64,000 nt of DNA from a virus: IMG/VR virus record IMGVR_UViG_3300035152_000011. The stretch is one strand, 5' to 3'. This document shows, one piece after another, positions 1-8,221 of this stretch; position 1 is the first letter of the stretch; each line of letters begins with the position of its first letter. Under the pieces are notes generated by a model, which was not told where the DNA came from, ran no database searches, and saw only the letters and a list, made by a program, of their open reading frames with translations. A program made the translations under genes and the position numbers.

Positions 1-293
1 GGCAATACGAAGCACGCGCTGAGCTGCCCCGGGTTGTCATCGCGACCCGCGTTGACCAGGCAAGGCGTGTTCGGCATGAAGTCACGCTTCGCCATCAGCC
101 TGTAGAAGCGTGGCCAGATCGAGTCTGGCTCGACGCCGTAGTTGCGTTCGGCTCGGGCGACGTGCTTGGCGACGTTGGCGAAACGCTCCTGTGGCGTCTC
201 CACTACGTCGCCCGTCTCGTTTCTTACCAGATACCGCTTCGCAAGAACATTCTCTCCAATCGTCGTCAGGTTCGGCTGCGCGAGTTGTTCCAC
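1..293 (-). CDS. nrdJ: Class II (adenosylcobalamin-dependent) ribonucleotide reductase, N-terminal fragment; the gene continues past the window start.
   Basis: Minus-strand translation from a GTG near 293 gives [22 protein letters not shown]...[27 protein letters not shown], the conserved class II RNR N-terminal signature. Absent from the ORF track because it has no in-window stop. Confidence 0.6.
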   Translation of the reverse strand, partial: [97 protein letters not shown]

Positions 294-444
294 GAGTGTC
301 TCCGCTCGGTGAGAATTGAATTTCAGTGCGGGGTCCGCGGCCGTCCACTAGCCGCGTCGGTAGCAACCCCGACGAGGAGGCATACTAGCATCGAGGAGTG
401 ACAAGAACCGTGCGTTGTCATACCCAGCGGAGAGAATCCTTGAG

Positions 445-462
445 TGATCGCAACCGCGATCA
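445..462. promoter_or_regulatory. Palindromic operator-like site TGATCGCAACCGCGATCA (family TGATCGC-N4-GCGATCA).
   Basis: Perfect 7-bp inverted arms with a 4-bp centre, 10 bp upstream of the ATG at 472. Confidence 0.5.
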
Positions 463-471
463 CAGCTAACC

Positions 472-780
472 ATGCGGGTGAAGGTGGAAGCTGCTGTTTG
501 TCCGTCGTGCGGCCGCGGGGATCTCGCGGTCCATCAGGCCGGCCGACTCCGGATCGTCTACTGCACGACTTGCGGATTCGAGCAACGCGAGGCCGCAGCT
601 CCATCCGCGGTCCCTTGGACGAGAGCCGAGCGCGCCGAGGACCGTGCTCGGAAGCGAGCCGCGGCGGCACTCGTCGAGCGCAGTGCCAGCTCGGAGCCGA
701 TCCGGGTACTCAAACGACGACTTCGCGCGCGTATCGACGCGCGCAACGCGTTGCTACGGAGATCGCTGCGGCGGCGCTGA
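472..780 (+). CDS. Small zinc-ribbon protein with a basic C-terminus.
   Basis: Six-frame ORF of 102 aa with two CxxC pairs (CPSCG...CTTCG); the operator lies just upstream. Confidence 0.4.
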   Translation: MRVKVEAAVCPSCGRGDLAVHQAGRLRIVYCTTCGFEQREAAAPSAVPWTRAERAEDRARKRAAAALVERSASSEPIRVLKRRLRARIDARNALLRRSLRRR

Positions 781-786
781 CGCCGC

Positions 787-1146
787 CTACTTGTCGATGG
801 TGTGGAGAACTTGCAGTTCCAGGATGCCGTCGTTGATCGTGCCTGCCTGGCCGCTGACCTCGATCTGGGCCAAGCCGCCGCTGTTCTGGGCGTCCACGGA
901 CCAGAAAGCCTCTTTCCCCGGCGTGATGTGGACGACGCTGCCGCCGCCGCCCATGAGCAGCAGGACAGCCTCGGCGTCATTTGTCACAGGGATCTGAAGC
1001 ACCTTGAGGATATGCGGACGGCCGCCAGCATCGGCTTGCAGGGTCGCGTTGGAGATGATCAGCGTATCGCCGGCCAGGCCGTCGTGGTTGATGGCGTAGA
1101 ACAGGCGGTAGTCGGTTGCGCGAACGAGGACTGCGGTAACGGCCAT
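787..1146 (-). CDS. Hypothetical protein.
   Basis: ORF of 119 aa with non-repetitive composition and high GC3. Confidence 0.45.
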   Translation of the reverse strand: MAVTAVLVRATDYRLFYAINHDGLAGDTLIISNATLQADAGGRPHILKVLQIPVTNDAEAVLLLMGGGGSVVHITPGKEAFWSVDAQNSGGLAQIEVSGQAGTINDGILELQVLHTIDK

Positions 1147-1155
1147 GTTGATCTC

Positions 1156-1788
1156 CTAGTGGCCGCTGCGCTTGACAGCGACAACAGCGATGATGGTCCC
1201 GATAACGGCGAGGCCACCAACGACGCCGACGATGGCCATCGTGCGGGACTTCCGTCGGGCGATGGGCGCGGTCGCTGCTGTGGTCATGGTCGTAGTCGGC
1301 GTAGTCGGCACGGCCGGTGTCGTGACCTGGGTCGCGGCCGGGACCATTGGCGACGTGCCAGGCTGGGCTGGTGCCGTCGTGGTCGGCGATGGGATGGTCG
1401 GCGATGGGATGGTCGGACTAGGCACTGCGACTGGTCGTGGGGTGAGCAGCGTGCGCAGCTGAGTAGTCAGCTCCAACGCATTCTGAGCTGCGACCTCTTT
1501 GCTGAATGCCCCGCGCGCCTGACCCAAGGCCCCCGTCACAGTCGGGTTTCGTGAAGCGATCTCGCGGATGAGCGTGACAGTCTGGGTGCCAATAAAGCCA
1601 TCTACGGCGATCTGGCCCATTCCGTAGAACGCCGCGACCTGGTTGGCAGCCTGTTGCAGCTCTTGGAATTTGGCGTGCGTCGCGCCGCCGTCGCTGCCGT
1701 AACAGATTTTGGTGCCGCACTTGTAGTTCGTGCCTTCGACGAGGGCGCCACCGAGCTGGTGCGGGTCTCCCATGTGCGCGTAGAGCAT
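1156..1788 (-). CDS. Membrane-anchored protein with a Pro/Thr-rich linker.
   Basis: 210 aa with a C-terminal TM helix (IVGVVGGLAVIGTIIAVVAV), PSPTIPSPTIPSPT repeats and a globular Cys-containing N-terminal domain. Confidence 0.5.
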   Translation of the reverse strand: MLYAHMGDPHQLGGALVEGTNYKCGTKICYGSDGGATHAKFQELQQAANQVAAFYGMGQIAVDGFIGTQTVTLIREIASRNPTVTGALGQARGAFSKEVAAQNALELTTQLRTLLTPRPVAVPSPTIPSPTIPSPTTTAPAQPGTSPMVPAATQVTTPAVPTTPTTTMTTAATAPIARRKSRTMAIVGVVGGLAVIGTIIAVVAVKRSGH

Positions 1789-1805
1789 GAAGACAGCCTA
1801 TCACA

Positions 1806-1823
1806 AGATCGCGGCCGCGATCA
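1806..1823. promoter_or_regulatory. Palindromic operator-like site AGATCGCGGCCGCGATCA.
   Basis: Perfect 16-bp core palindrome GATCGCGGCCGCGATC in the divergent intergenic region between the 1788 (minus) and 1841 (plus) gene starts. Confidence 0.5.
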
Positions 1824-1840
1824 TCTGCTAGACTGCGGCT

Positions 1841-2134
1841 GTGCCATACAGCCGGAACAGCATCCGGATCGACCTCGGAGAGGGCCACTCGCTCTACGTC
1901 GTGCGCGAGAATGGCAACCCCGAGGTCATTGTCTCCATCGTCCAGCCAATCACGAAGAAGCTCTCAGAACGCCTCAAGCTCTCGCTGACGGTCCCCCAGG
2001 CCATGCGGCTGTCGCGAGCGCTGGCCAGTGTCGCGACCCTGGACGGGCCGCTACGGCTGCCAGGCGTCACGCCAGTGCCGGAATTAGATCCCGACGAGGA
2101 GGACACGGACCCAGCAATTAAAAAACCCGGCTAG
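1841..2134 (+). CDS. Hypothetical protein (GTG start).
   Basis: 97-aa ORF with strong GC3 bias on the plus strand; its stop overlaps the terminator hairpin. Confidence 0.45.
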   Translation: MPYSRNSIRIDLGEGHSLYVVRENGNPEVIVSIVQPITKKLSERLKLSLTVPQAMRLSRALASVATLDGPLRLPGVTPVPELDPDEEDTDPAIKKPG

Positions 2135-2149
2135 CTTTCGCCAGCCGGG
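2120..2149 (-). terminator. Rho-independent terminator between convergent genes.
   Basis: Plus strand reads AAAAAACCCGGCTAGCTTTCGCCAGCCGGG. On the minus strand this is a 7-bp GC stem followed by UUUUUU, immediately downstream of the helicase stop (2166) and at the end of the plus gene 1841..2134. Confidence 0.6.
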
Positions 2150-2165
2150 TTGTGGGGATGTCTAC

Positions 2166-3626
2166 TTACTCGACCCAGGTCAGGACGCTCTTCGCGCGGG
2201 TCACGGCGACGTAGCGGATATTGTCCTCTTCGAGGTCGGTACCGGCGCGGCGGAAGGTGCCCGACAGCAGGAACGCGCGGTCGGCTTCGAGGCCCTTCGC
2301 CTTGTGGACGGTCGAGCAGACGATCTTCGGGCGGTGGCCATTCGAGTCCTCGAACAGCTCGTCGAGCCGGGTCTTCAGCTCCTCGACATTGGCCAGGCCC
2401 TCGGCCAGCAGCCGGAGGGTCTCGGCCTTGTCCTCGATGGCTTCGACGCGCGCCTCGGCGTTCTTGTCGTTGCTCTTGCGGGCGCGGGCGATCTCGCGCT
2501 CCTCCCAGGCCGTGAGCTTCTCCAGAAGGTTCGCGATGGACTTGCGGGCCGGCCCGGTCGCGAGCTTCTTGACCAGGGCGAGTAGGCCGGCGCCGATGTC
2601 GCGGCCCTCGATGCGGGCGCGCTTGCCAAGGCGGAGGCACTTGAGGCAGCAGCTCACGAGCGGTGCGTTCGTGCGCGAGAGGATGAAATCGCCCTCGACG
2701 GCCGTCTCGGCGAGCTTGGTCTTGGGCAGCGTGCTGATCTTGCCCTCGGGCGCGGTCGGCGCGGCCTCATAGTCGGGAACGAGCTGAGCGGCCTCGGCCA
2801 CGATGACCTTGCCACAGCGATAGGTCGTGGTGAGCTTCAGCTCAGCAGCGTTCAGCTCGGCCTTGAGGCGGCTGATGCTCTCGCTGTCAGCGCCGCGGAA
2901 ACCGTAGATCGCCTGGCGGTTGTCGCCGATGACGGCGATGCGGCCGTTGCGCTTGCAGGCCTTCATCGCGAGCGTGATCTGGGCGGCGTTCATGTCCTGG
3001 CACTCGTCGATGATGACGAGGTCGTACCAGGCGCGGGTGAGGCCACGACGCACGGGGATGTACACCATGTCATCGAAGTCGATGCTGCCGTCGCGGTCGC
3101 ACGCCTTGTCCAGCGCCTTGAGCGCGTGGCGCTCGACGTAGGCGAGGTCGTAGCCGTCGCGCTCCCACTCCTCGTCGGGAACGCAGTCGTGGTCATACGC
3201 GATGTTGGTCAGGTCGCCGAGCTTCTCAGCGAAGGGCGCCATGCCCTTGGCGCGAGACGCGAGCTTCGCGACGAGCGAAACGATGTCCTCGGGGACGTCC
3301 TGGCCGCAGACGTCACGGGCGATTCGGTAACCGCGCTGCCCATCCACGCGGAGGTTCCGGCAGTACTGACGCAGGAACGCGAACCCGAGAGCGTGGAGGG
3401 TCTTGGCCTCCGCGTTGCGGTTCGTGATCTTGCCCTGAAGCTCGGTCGCGATCTTCTTGTTGAAGGCCGCGAACAGGATGCTGCGCTCGGGGGCGCGGTT
3501 GGCGCCTTCGAGCACGGTCGTGGTTTTGCCAGTGCCGGCGCGCGCTACGACGACCAGGTTGCCGGTGCCGTGCTCGAACCAGTTGAAGATTGCTTCCTGC
3601 TGCTCGCTCCAGTTCCAGGTTCCCAT
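2166..3626 (-). CDS. Superfamily 1 (UvrD/PcrA-like) DNA helicase.
   Basis: Walker A ARAGTGKTTT, DExx motif VIIDECQD and the UvrD C-terminal motif VCSTVHKAKGLEADRAF. The internal ATG at 3626 is preferred because the hairpin+RBS (GAAGGAG) lies just upstream; the ORF-track start at 3677 reads through that hairpin. Confidence 0.8.
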   Translation of the reverse strand: MGTWNWSEQQEAIFNWFEHGTGNLVVVARAGTGKTTTVLEGANRAPERSILFAAFNKKIATELQGKITNRNAEAKTLHALGFAFLRQYCRNLRVDGQRGYRIARDVCGQDVPEDIVSLVAKLASRAKGMAPFAEKLGDLTNIAYDHDCVPDEEWERDGYDLAYVERHALKALDKACDRDGSIDFDDMVYIPVRRGLTRAWYDLVIIDECQDMNAAQITLAMKACKRNGRIAVIGDNRQAIYGFRGADSESISRLKAELNAAELKLTTTYRCGKVIVAEAAQLVPDYEAAPTAPEGKISTLPKTKLAETAVEGDFILSRTNAPLVSCCLKCLRLGKRARIEGRDIGAGLLALVKKLATGPARKSIANLLEKLTAWEEREIARARKSNDKNAEARVEAIEDKAETLRLLAEGLANVEELKTRLDELFEDSNGHRPKIVCSTVHKAKGLEADRAFLLSGTFRRAGTDLEEDNIRYVAVTRAKSVLTWVE

Positions 3627-3639
3627 CTTCGTCTCCTTC

Positions 3640-3652
3640 GCCCCTCGGGGCC
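3640..3652 (-). promoter_or_regulatory. GC hairpin GGCCCCGAGGGGC immediately 5' of the RBS.
   Basis: Sense strand reads GGCCCCGAGGGGC-GAAGGAG-ACGAAG-ATG (helicase). Confidence 0.55.
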
Positions 3653-3707
3653 GTCTCGCGGTTCTGTCCGCTTCCAAGAGTCAGACGTATGGGCGCACCG
3701 GATATTC

Positions 3708-3725
3708 TGATCGCAGCTGCGATCA
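3708..3725. promoter_or_regulatory. Palindromic operator TGATCGCAGCTGCGATCA.
   Basis: Perfect 18-bp palindrome about 55 bp upstream (sense orientation) of the helicase hairpin. Confidence 0.55.
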
Positions 3726-3763
3726 AATTCAGAATGGTGGCATTTCAGTGGGTTACGGGTCGA

Positions 3764-4210
3764 TTATTTAGCAATGCGCTCGATTCGGCAAGCCTTTGGC
3801 GCCAAGGCAACGATCTCGCGGGTGTCGGTGGGCTTCCCGTTCCATACGGTCACCGTCACGATCCCGTCATAGCCGGCTCGTCGGAGCTTCGCGGACAGCG
3901 CCTTCCCCTTCGCCCGGTACTCGCGGCGCAGATTCGCTTTCCAGCTCGTCTCGTCGTAGTTCATGTAGTTCGAGCTGGTGTTGATCGGAATTACCAGTGG
4001 GTGCTCGAAGCAGCACTCACCGACGGCCCAGCGAGGCGCGAGCTGGCCGGGCGTCGGGTTGTGAATCAGGTAGAGCCCGGCCGGCTCGATATCCTGCTGG
4101 TACGTCGAGCCGAAGTACGGCGCCCTCTCTGTATTGCGCAGCAGTCGGAAACAGACCGGCCGGCCCGTCTCGAACCGCTTGCCATACTCGGTGACGCTTG
4201 TGAGCTTCAC
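3764..4210 (-). CDS. Hypothetical protein.
   Basis: ORF of 148 aa. Confidence 0.45.
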   Translation of the reverse strand: MKLTSVTEYGKRFETGRPVCFRLLRNTERAPYFGSTYQQDIEPAGLYLIHNPTPGQLAPRWAVGECCFEHPLVIPINTSSNYMNYDETSWKANLRREYRAKGKALSAKLRRAGYDGIVTVTVWNGKPTDTREIVALAPKACRIERIAK

Positions 4211-4222
4211 CCTACGACTGTA

Positions 4223-4867
4223 TCACAGCAGGTCTCGTGCGACTTGCTCAGCTGCTTCACGATGCTGCTCGAAGACCGCGGGACACGCCTCGACCAGGTA
4301 CTCCCACATCCAGTAGGCGATCACACGCATCTCCGGGTGGGCAGCCGGTGCGAGTCGAAGGTGGAAGATCGACTCACTGAAGTGCCGGAAGTTGGTCGTG
4401 ATGCAGATTTCGGTCTTGAGGCAGATCGGCAGTACGCTGCGTGCGATCTGCGGCTTGGCACCGGTGTCGAGCATCAGGAAGTAGGCGCGCTCAGCAGCCT
4501 CGCACGATGCACTCCAGTGTCCCTCACCTGTCGGGCCGAGACCCGGTGGCTTGACGACGGTGATCTCGCGACCGAACTTCGCCTTGCCGTAGTTGCAGTA
4601 GCGTGTGCTCTCCTGTGCGTAGCTAGCCAGCCGATGACGGACCAGTTCGTGACTCACGCCGCGGTTGCAGACGATGCGGAAACTCGCGTGCGCATGCTCG
4701 ATCATCGCGTAGTGCCCGCGCTCGGCGAGCATCCCAACGAACCTGTCAGCGGAGTCTTCGGTGATGTGGTCTTCGGACTTGTAGCAGGTGCGCCCGATCT
4801 CCTCGATCAGCTTGGCGCTGTCGGAGTCCACACGAATGAGTTTCACGGACGGCTCGACGATCTTCAT
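4223..4867 (-). CDS. thyX: FAD-dependent thymidylate synthase ThyX.
   Basis: ThyX signature RHRLASYAQES (RHRX7S); 214 aa is the typical length. Confidence 0.85.
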   Translation of the reverse strand: MKIVEPSVKLIRVDSDSAKLIEEIGRTCYKSEDHITEDSADRFVGMLAERGHYAMIEHAHASFRIVCNRGVSHELVRHRLASYAQESTRYCNYGKAKFGREITVVKPPGLGPTGEGHWSASCEAAERAYFLMLDTGAKPQIARSVLPICLKTEICITTNFRHFSESIFHLRLAPAAHPEMRVIAYWMWEYLVEACPAVFEQHREAAEQVARDLL

Positions 4868-4877
4868 GCCGCGTGTG

Positions 4878-4900
4878 TAGCATGCGGGTGTGACATGCTA
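4878..4900. promoter_or_regulatory. Inverted repeat TAGCATG-N9-CATGCTA in a divergent promoter region.
   Basis: Lies in the 42 bp between the thyX start (4867, minus) and the plus gene start (4910). Confidence 0.35.
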
Positions 4901-4909
4901 TGGTGAGGC

Positions 4910-5227
4910 ATGGCGCGCGTCGTCACAGCGTACCACGGTAGTCGCGTCCCGATTCGCCGCTTCGATCCCCGGTTCTCCGCGCAGGGGGTGCTCTGGTTTA
5001 GCGAAGACCCGGAGAAGATCATACGAGGCGAGAGTGGTGCGGTCAGCTCGGCCTACCTCATGAAGGTCCGGCTACACGTCGATCATACGGCCGGGTGGGA
5101 TGAGTACGAGAGGTACTTCCTAGCTCAGATCGAGGACCTCGGATTCGACAGCATCCAGCTTGATGACGATTGGGTCATCTTCGACCCTGATCGAGTCGAG
5201 GTCGTCAGCGTGTACCACAACCGCTAG
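4910..5227 (+). CDS. Hypothetical protein.
   Basis: 105-aa ORF with an RBS GGTGAGG upstream. Confidence 0.45.
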   Translation: MARVVTAYHGSRVPIRRFDPRFSAQGVLWFSEDPEKIIRGESGAVSSAYLMKVRLHVDHTAGWDEYERYFLAQIEDLGFDSIQLDDDWVIFDPDRVEVVSVYHNR

Positions 5228-5228
5228 A

Positions 5229-5693
5229 CTACTTCTTGGCAGGCTTCTTGGCGCTGCTCTTGGCCTTCGACTTCTTGGACGCCGCGGGCTTCTTGGCGGG
5301 CTTGCCTGCCGCGGCCTTCTCAGCAGCGGCTTTGCGAGCTGCTGCCTTCTTTGCGATCTTCTCTTTGCGGGCCAGTTCGTTCTGGTCCGCAGGAGGCTTC
5401 GGAGCAGCGGGTCTGGGTTTTGGCGCCGGCTCTGGCGCCGGCTTTGGCTCTGGCAACTCGGCCTCTATCGTGAGTACCTTCTCGATAGGCGGAGGCTCTG
5501 GGGCTGGTGGTGGAGGAAGCGGCGGCGGTGCTGCGCTTGGCAGCTCGACGTCTCCTGGGATGCCCAGTGTCACGAGCTGGCGCCGCAACTTCATTGGTGG
5601 CCCGTCGAGCTTGAGAATCGCGCCCTCCTTGGCCCATCCCCCGTCTTTCGTGCGCTCCCAGCCGTTCTCACACAGGTAGTCCACGAGTCTCAT
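5229..5693 (-). CDS. DNA-binding protein with a histone H1-like Lys/Ala-rich C-terminal tail.
   Basis: C-terminus AKKAAARKAAAEKAAAGKPAKKPAASKKSKAKSSAKKPAKK plus a Pro-rich linker. Start taken at internal Met (MRLVDY) because the operator palindrome at 5708..5725 lies inside the longer ORF. Confidence 0.55.
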   Translation of the reverse strand: MRLVDYLCENGWERTKDGGWAKEGAILKLDGPPMKLRRQLVTLGIPGDVELPSAAPPPLPPPPAPEPPPIEKVLTIEAELPEPKPAPEPAPKPRPAAPKPPADQNELARKEKIAKKAAARKAAAEKAAAGKPAKKPAASKKSKAKSSAKKPAKK

Positions 5694-5707
5694 GACTTCA
5701 TGGTACT

Positions 5708-5725
5708 TGATCGTGTACACGATCT
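5708..5725. promoter_or_regulatory. Operator-family palindrome TGATCGTGTACACGATCT (core GATCGTGTACACGATC perfect).
   Basis: 15 bp upstream of the 5693 start. Confidence 0.45.
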
Positions 5726-5970
5726 CAAACGGCCTGAAAAAAAGCAAAGGCCGCAGGGTGATCAACTCCGCGCGGCCCTTGTACCAGTAGCACGCTACTG
5801 GCGGGTACGGGCTCTACTCTATCAATTCCTTCGGCGCGTTGTAACGGCAATTCGCGCAGTACCACTGATCGCCTTCCCGAACCATCTCCGAGGCGTAGCA
5901 ATACGGACTGGTGATTTGATGCAGCCACACCTTCGTGCAGCTCCAGGCTCGGCGGAGCCAACGCATGCCG

Positions 5971-6300
5971 TCAGGCTACACGAAAACCGGCCTGTCGTGC
6001 CCGTTCCTGGACTTCAGCCCGCGTAGACCAGCTTAACAGCACGATCTCACCGTCACCGCGGACGATATACCGGCTGTATCCTGCGTTGCCGTAGATGGCG
6101 CAGTCACCACCATCGGGGCAGAGATTGTCCTCCCAGACTTCGCCGGGTTCCAGCTCGTCTTGAATCTCCTGCCACTCCTTCAGGAAGGCGTAGAAGCCGT
6201 GTGGATTGTGCACCCGATCAGTTTGGGTGCGCGCCCATTCAGTACCTTCAACCGAAGTGAGTCGTGCGAGCGCGTGCTCTTCGTAGATGTAGACCGCCAC
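5971..6300 (-). CDS. Hypothetical protein.
   Basis: 109 aa. Confidence 0.45.
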   Translation of the reverse strand: MAVYIYEEHALARLTSVEGTEWARTQTDRVHNPHGFYAFLKEWQEIQDELEPGEVWEDNLCPDGGDCAIYGNAGYSRYIVRGDGEIVLLSWSTRAEVQERARQAGFRVA

Positions 6301-7214
6301 TACCAGAGCATCTCCCCGATGGCGTCAGCCGCTGACGTCCCCGCCATCGTGTGGTCTGTATAGGTCTTGTTGATCGTCTGTGACCGACCATCCTCGACGA
6401 CGTGGCCTGTGATGGCTGCGATCTCGTGGTCGGCAGCACCACGCTGTTTCGCCCAGGTCACGAACGTGTGACGGAAGATGTGCGGTGAGAAGTCCTCGAT
6501 CTGGGCCTTCCGAGCGCGCGCTTTGACGACGTGGTAAATGCCATCGACCGTAATCTGCTCACCTACCGCGACCTTGCCGTCAAGGCGTTCACGCGAGACA
6601 GAGCGGAACAGCGCGCCGTCCTTGATGCCGCCGGTGCTGAGCCACCGCTTCCAGGGTGTCATCGCCTCGACCGCGGCGCGGGTCAACGGAACCTTATGGC
6701 GGCTGCCTCCTTTGAGTGTAATCTCGACGAATGGGTATCCGCGGGTCCGGTCGCGGCCGAAGTCGGCCAACGTGATTCCAGCCATCGAGAAGCGGCGCAT
6801 CCCGGTCGTGAATCCAAGCACTGTCATGCCGAAGTCCCGTAGGTCGATAGGCCGCGGGCCACGACACGCGTCGATCAGTCGCGTGCCTTCCTCGGGGGTC
6901 AGCGCACGACGGTCCACGTCCAGTTTCGGCGCCTTCGCTGTTTCGACGACGCTCGCGAAGTCGAGCATCGGATTCTGTTCGAGCTGGGCCCGGCGCTTGG
7001 AGACGTAGCGCAAACCGGAGAATTTCACGTTCGCGCTTTGCGGTGGCATGCGTGTGAGCAGTCCGTTGTAGAAGCTCTGCGCTGCGTGTCCCGTCCAGGC
7101 CGCAGGATGATGCCCAACCTCTTGTAGGAAGTCCCGTACGGTCGCCGAGTATGCACGCTTCGTGTGGCGGCTGAGCTTCGGGCTCTGTTCGATGATCATT
7201 TCCAGTTCAGTCAT
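6300..7214 (-). CDS. int: Tyrosine recombinase / phage integrase.
   Basis: C-terminal catalytic region HIFRHTFVTWAKQRG...EIAAITGH...INKTYTDHT (H-x-x-R, second His, Tyr). Start set at MTELEM so as not to overlap the upstream gene in another frame. Confidence 0.8.
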   Translation of the reverse strand: MTELEMIIEQSPKLSRHTKRAYSATVRDFLQEVGHHPAAWTGHAAQSFYNGLLTRMPPQSANVKFSGLRYVSKRRAQLEQNPMLDFASVVETAKAPKLDVDRRALTPEEGTRLIDACRGPRPIDLRDFGMTVLGFTTGMRRFSMAGITLADFGRDRTRGYPFVEITLKGGSRHKVPLTRAAVEAMTPWKRWLSTGGIKDGALFRSVSRERLDGKVAVGEQITVDGIYHVVKARARKAQIEDFSPHIFRHTFVTWAKQRGAADHEIAAITGHVVEDGRSQTINKTYTDHTMAGTSAADAIGEMLW

Positions 7215-7557
7215 CCCACGGCTCCACTGGGATCTCTTTGAAGACCCACTTACGGTAATCGTACTCTTCGTTCCAAAGCCGTTGAGCAGCTTCCACTTGG
7301 CGGCGGCGGAACTGTTTGGTGTGGTCAATCCCGATGGAATAGCCAAGCACCCATTCACCATCCCAGTTGACCGTCGCCCAAGCTGCACTACGGCCGTTCT
7401 TCGGCCACCAGCGCGGTCGCCGAGCCGGCTTGACGAGCAGGATGACGTCCCAGTTGGGATTCGGCGCGCCGCATCGAGCGCAGGTCTCACGCTTACAGCC
7501 TGGAAGGCCGTACTCGGTGAACCAGTGCCGTTTGTGGCCGAGGATGCAACGACTCAT
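7207..7557 (-). CDS. Cys-rich hypothetical protein.
   Basis: C4-type spacing CILGHKRH...CKRETCARCG; internal Met start gives an ATGA overlap with the next gene. Confidence 0.45.
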   Translation of the reverse strand: MSRCILGHKRHWFTEYGLPGCKRETCARCGAPNPNWDVILLVKPARRPRWWPKNGRSAAWATVNWDGEWVLGYSIGIDHTKQFRRRQVEAAQRLWNEEYDYRKWVFKEIPVEPWDD

Positions 7558-7934
7558 TGCACATCCCTGGTGAATATACCTCGCGCGTACATGCGGGGAG
7601 CACACTTTGCACAGAATGCCGAGCCCGCTTCGTGATTCTTGGGGACGGGCTCGCCGCAACTCGCGCAGACGTGCCTGTGGCAGAACCCTGTCTCGTTGTC
7701 TTTTGCGATTCGGCTACCGCATTGAATACAGACGTGCATCCCGTGACGCCGCATGATGTCACGGGCGATCTTGAAGTGGCCGACCTTGATCGCGGACTCG
7801 ACTGCATCCTGGATGTCCTCTATCGTGAGGCCGCCCTCATAGACCGGTCGGCCAAGCGAGTCCACAATGCCTGACCGCCCGGTGGGCTCGATGATCGGCC
7901 GAAGGATCGACCTGTAGACGTCGCGGTAGCTCAT
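7554..7934 (-). CDS. Cys-rich hypothetical protein.
   Basis: 126 aa with CIQCG...CHRHVCASCG. Confidence 0.45.
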   Translation of the reverse strand: MSYRDVYRSILRPIIEPTGRSGIVDSLGRPVYEGGLTIEDIQDAVESAIKVGHFKIARDIMRRHGMHVCIQCGSRIAKDNETGFCHRHVCASCGEPVPKNHEAGSAFCAKCAPRMYARGIFTRDVQ

Positions 7935-8221
7935 CCGCGAAACTCGCTGGCGCAGCTCTCACAGACCTGAAGGAGGGCCTGTTGGCCTTCGACGGGCGGG
8001 TCATAGAGCACCGTCTCGGTCGCTATCGCGTTCGCGCACTTGACGCAGACGTCCGCTTTGGCTTCCTCGACGATCTGCTGGGCGATGTCGTACCGGCCGA
8101 CTGCCACCGTCGCCATGAGGGCTTGCTGCACCGTGTCCAGGTCGTACTCAGGCTCCTGTGGTTGATGGATCGGAGTGGACCGCTTCATCCGTACCCAGCG
8201 CTGTGGATTGACTATGGGCAT
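7931..8221 (-). CDS. Hypothetical protein (Cys-containing).
   Basis: 96 aa with CVKCANAIA...CESCAS. Confidence 0.45.
   Translation of the reverse strand: MPIVNPQRWVRMKRSTPIHQPQEPEYDLDTVQQALMATVAVGRYDIAQQIVEEAKADVCVKCANAIATETVLYDPPVEGQQALLQVCESCASEFRG

Noticed and set aside
3627-3677. ORF-track N-terminal extensions that read through the GC hairpin (helicase start 3677, 29571, 50905, 44718 and others).
   Set aside because: In each case an internal ATG/GTG follows the hairpin and a GA-rich RBS at canonical spacing. The extension would put the regulatory hairpin inside the coding sequence and encodes the motif-derived peptide RPRGAKE/PRGE.
3590-4906. Large plus-strand ORF of 438 aa antisense to the thyX region. 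The same applies to similar long antisense or alternative-frame ORFs (802..1554, 19683..20582, 26100..26993, 36497..37573, 43525..44163, 49490..50896, 24949..25797).
   Set aside because: They are Arg/Ala/Gly-rich and low-complexity, lack RBS context and overlap well-supported motif-bearing genes on the other strand. This is the usual stop-codon-poor antisense frame of high-GC DNA.
5160-6026. Plus-strand 288-aa ORF across the int-proximal non-coding region and neighbouring genes.
   Set aside because: Low-complexity Leu/Arg/Trp-rich translation overlapping two supported minus-strand genes and the putative attP region; no RBS.
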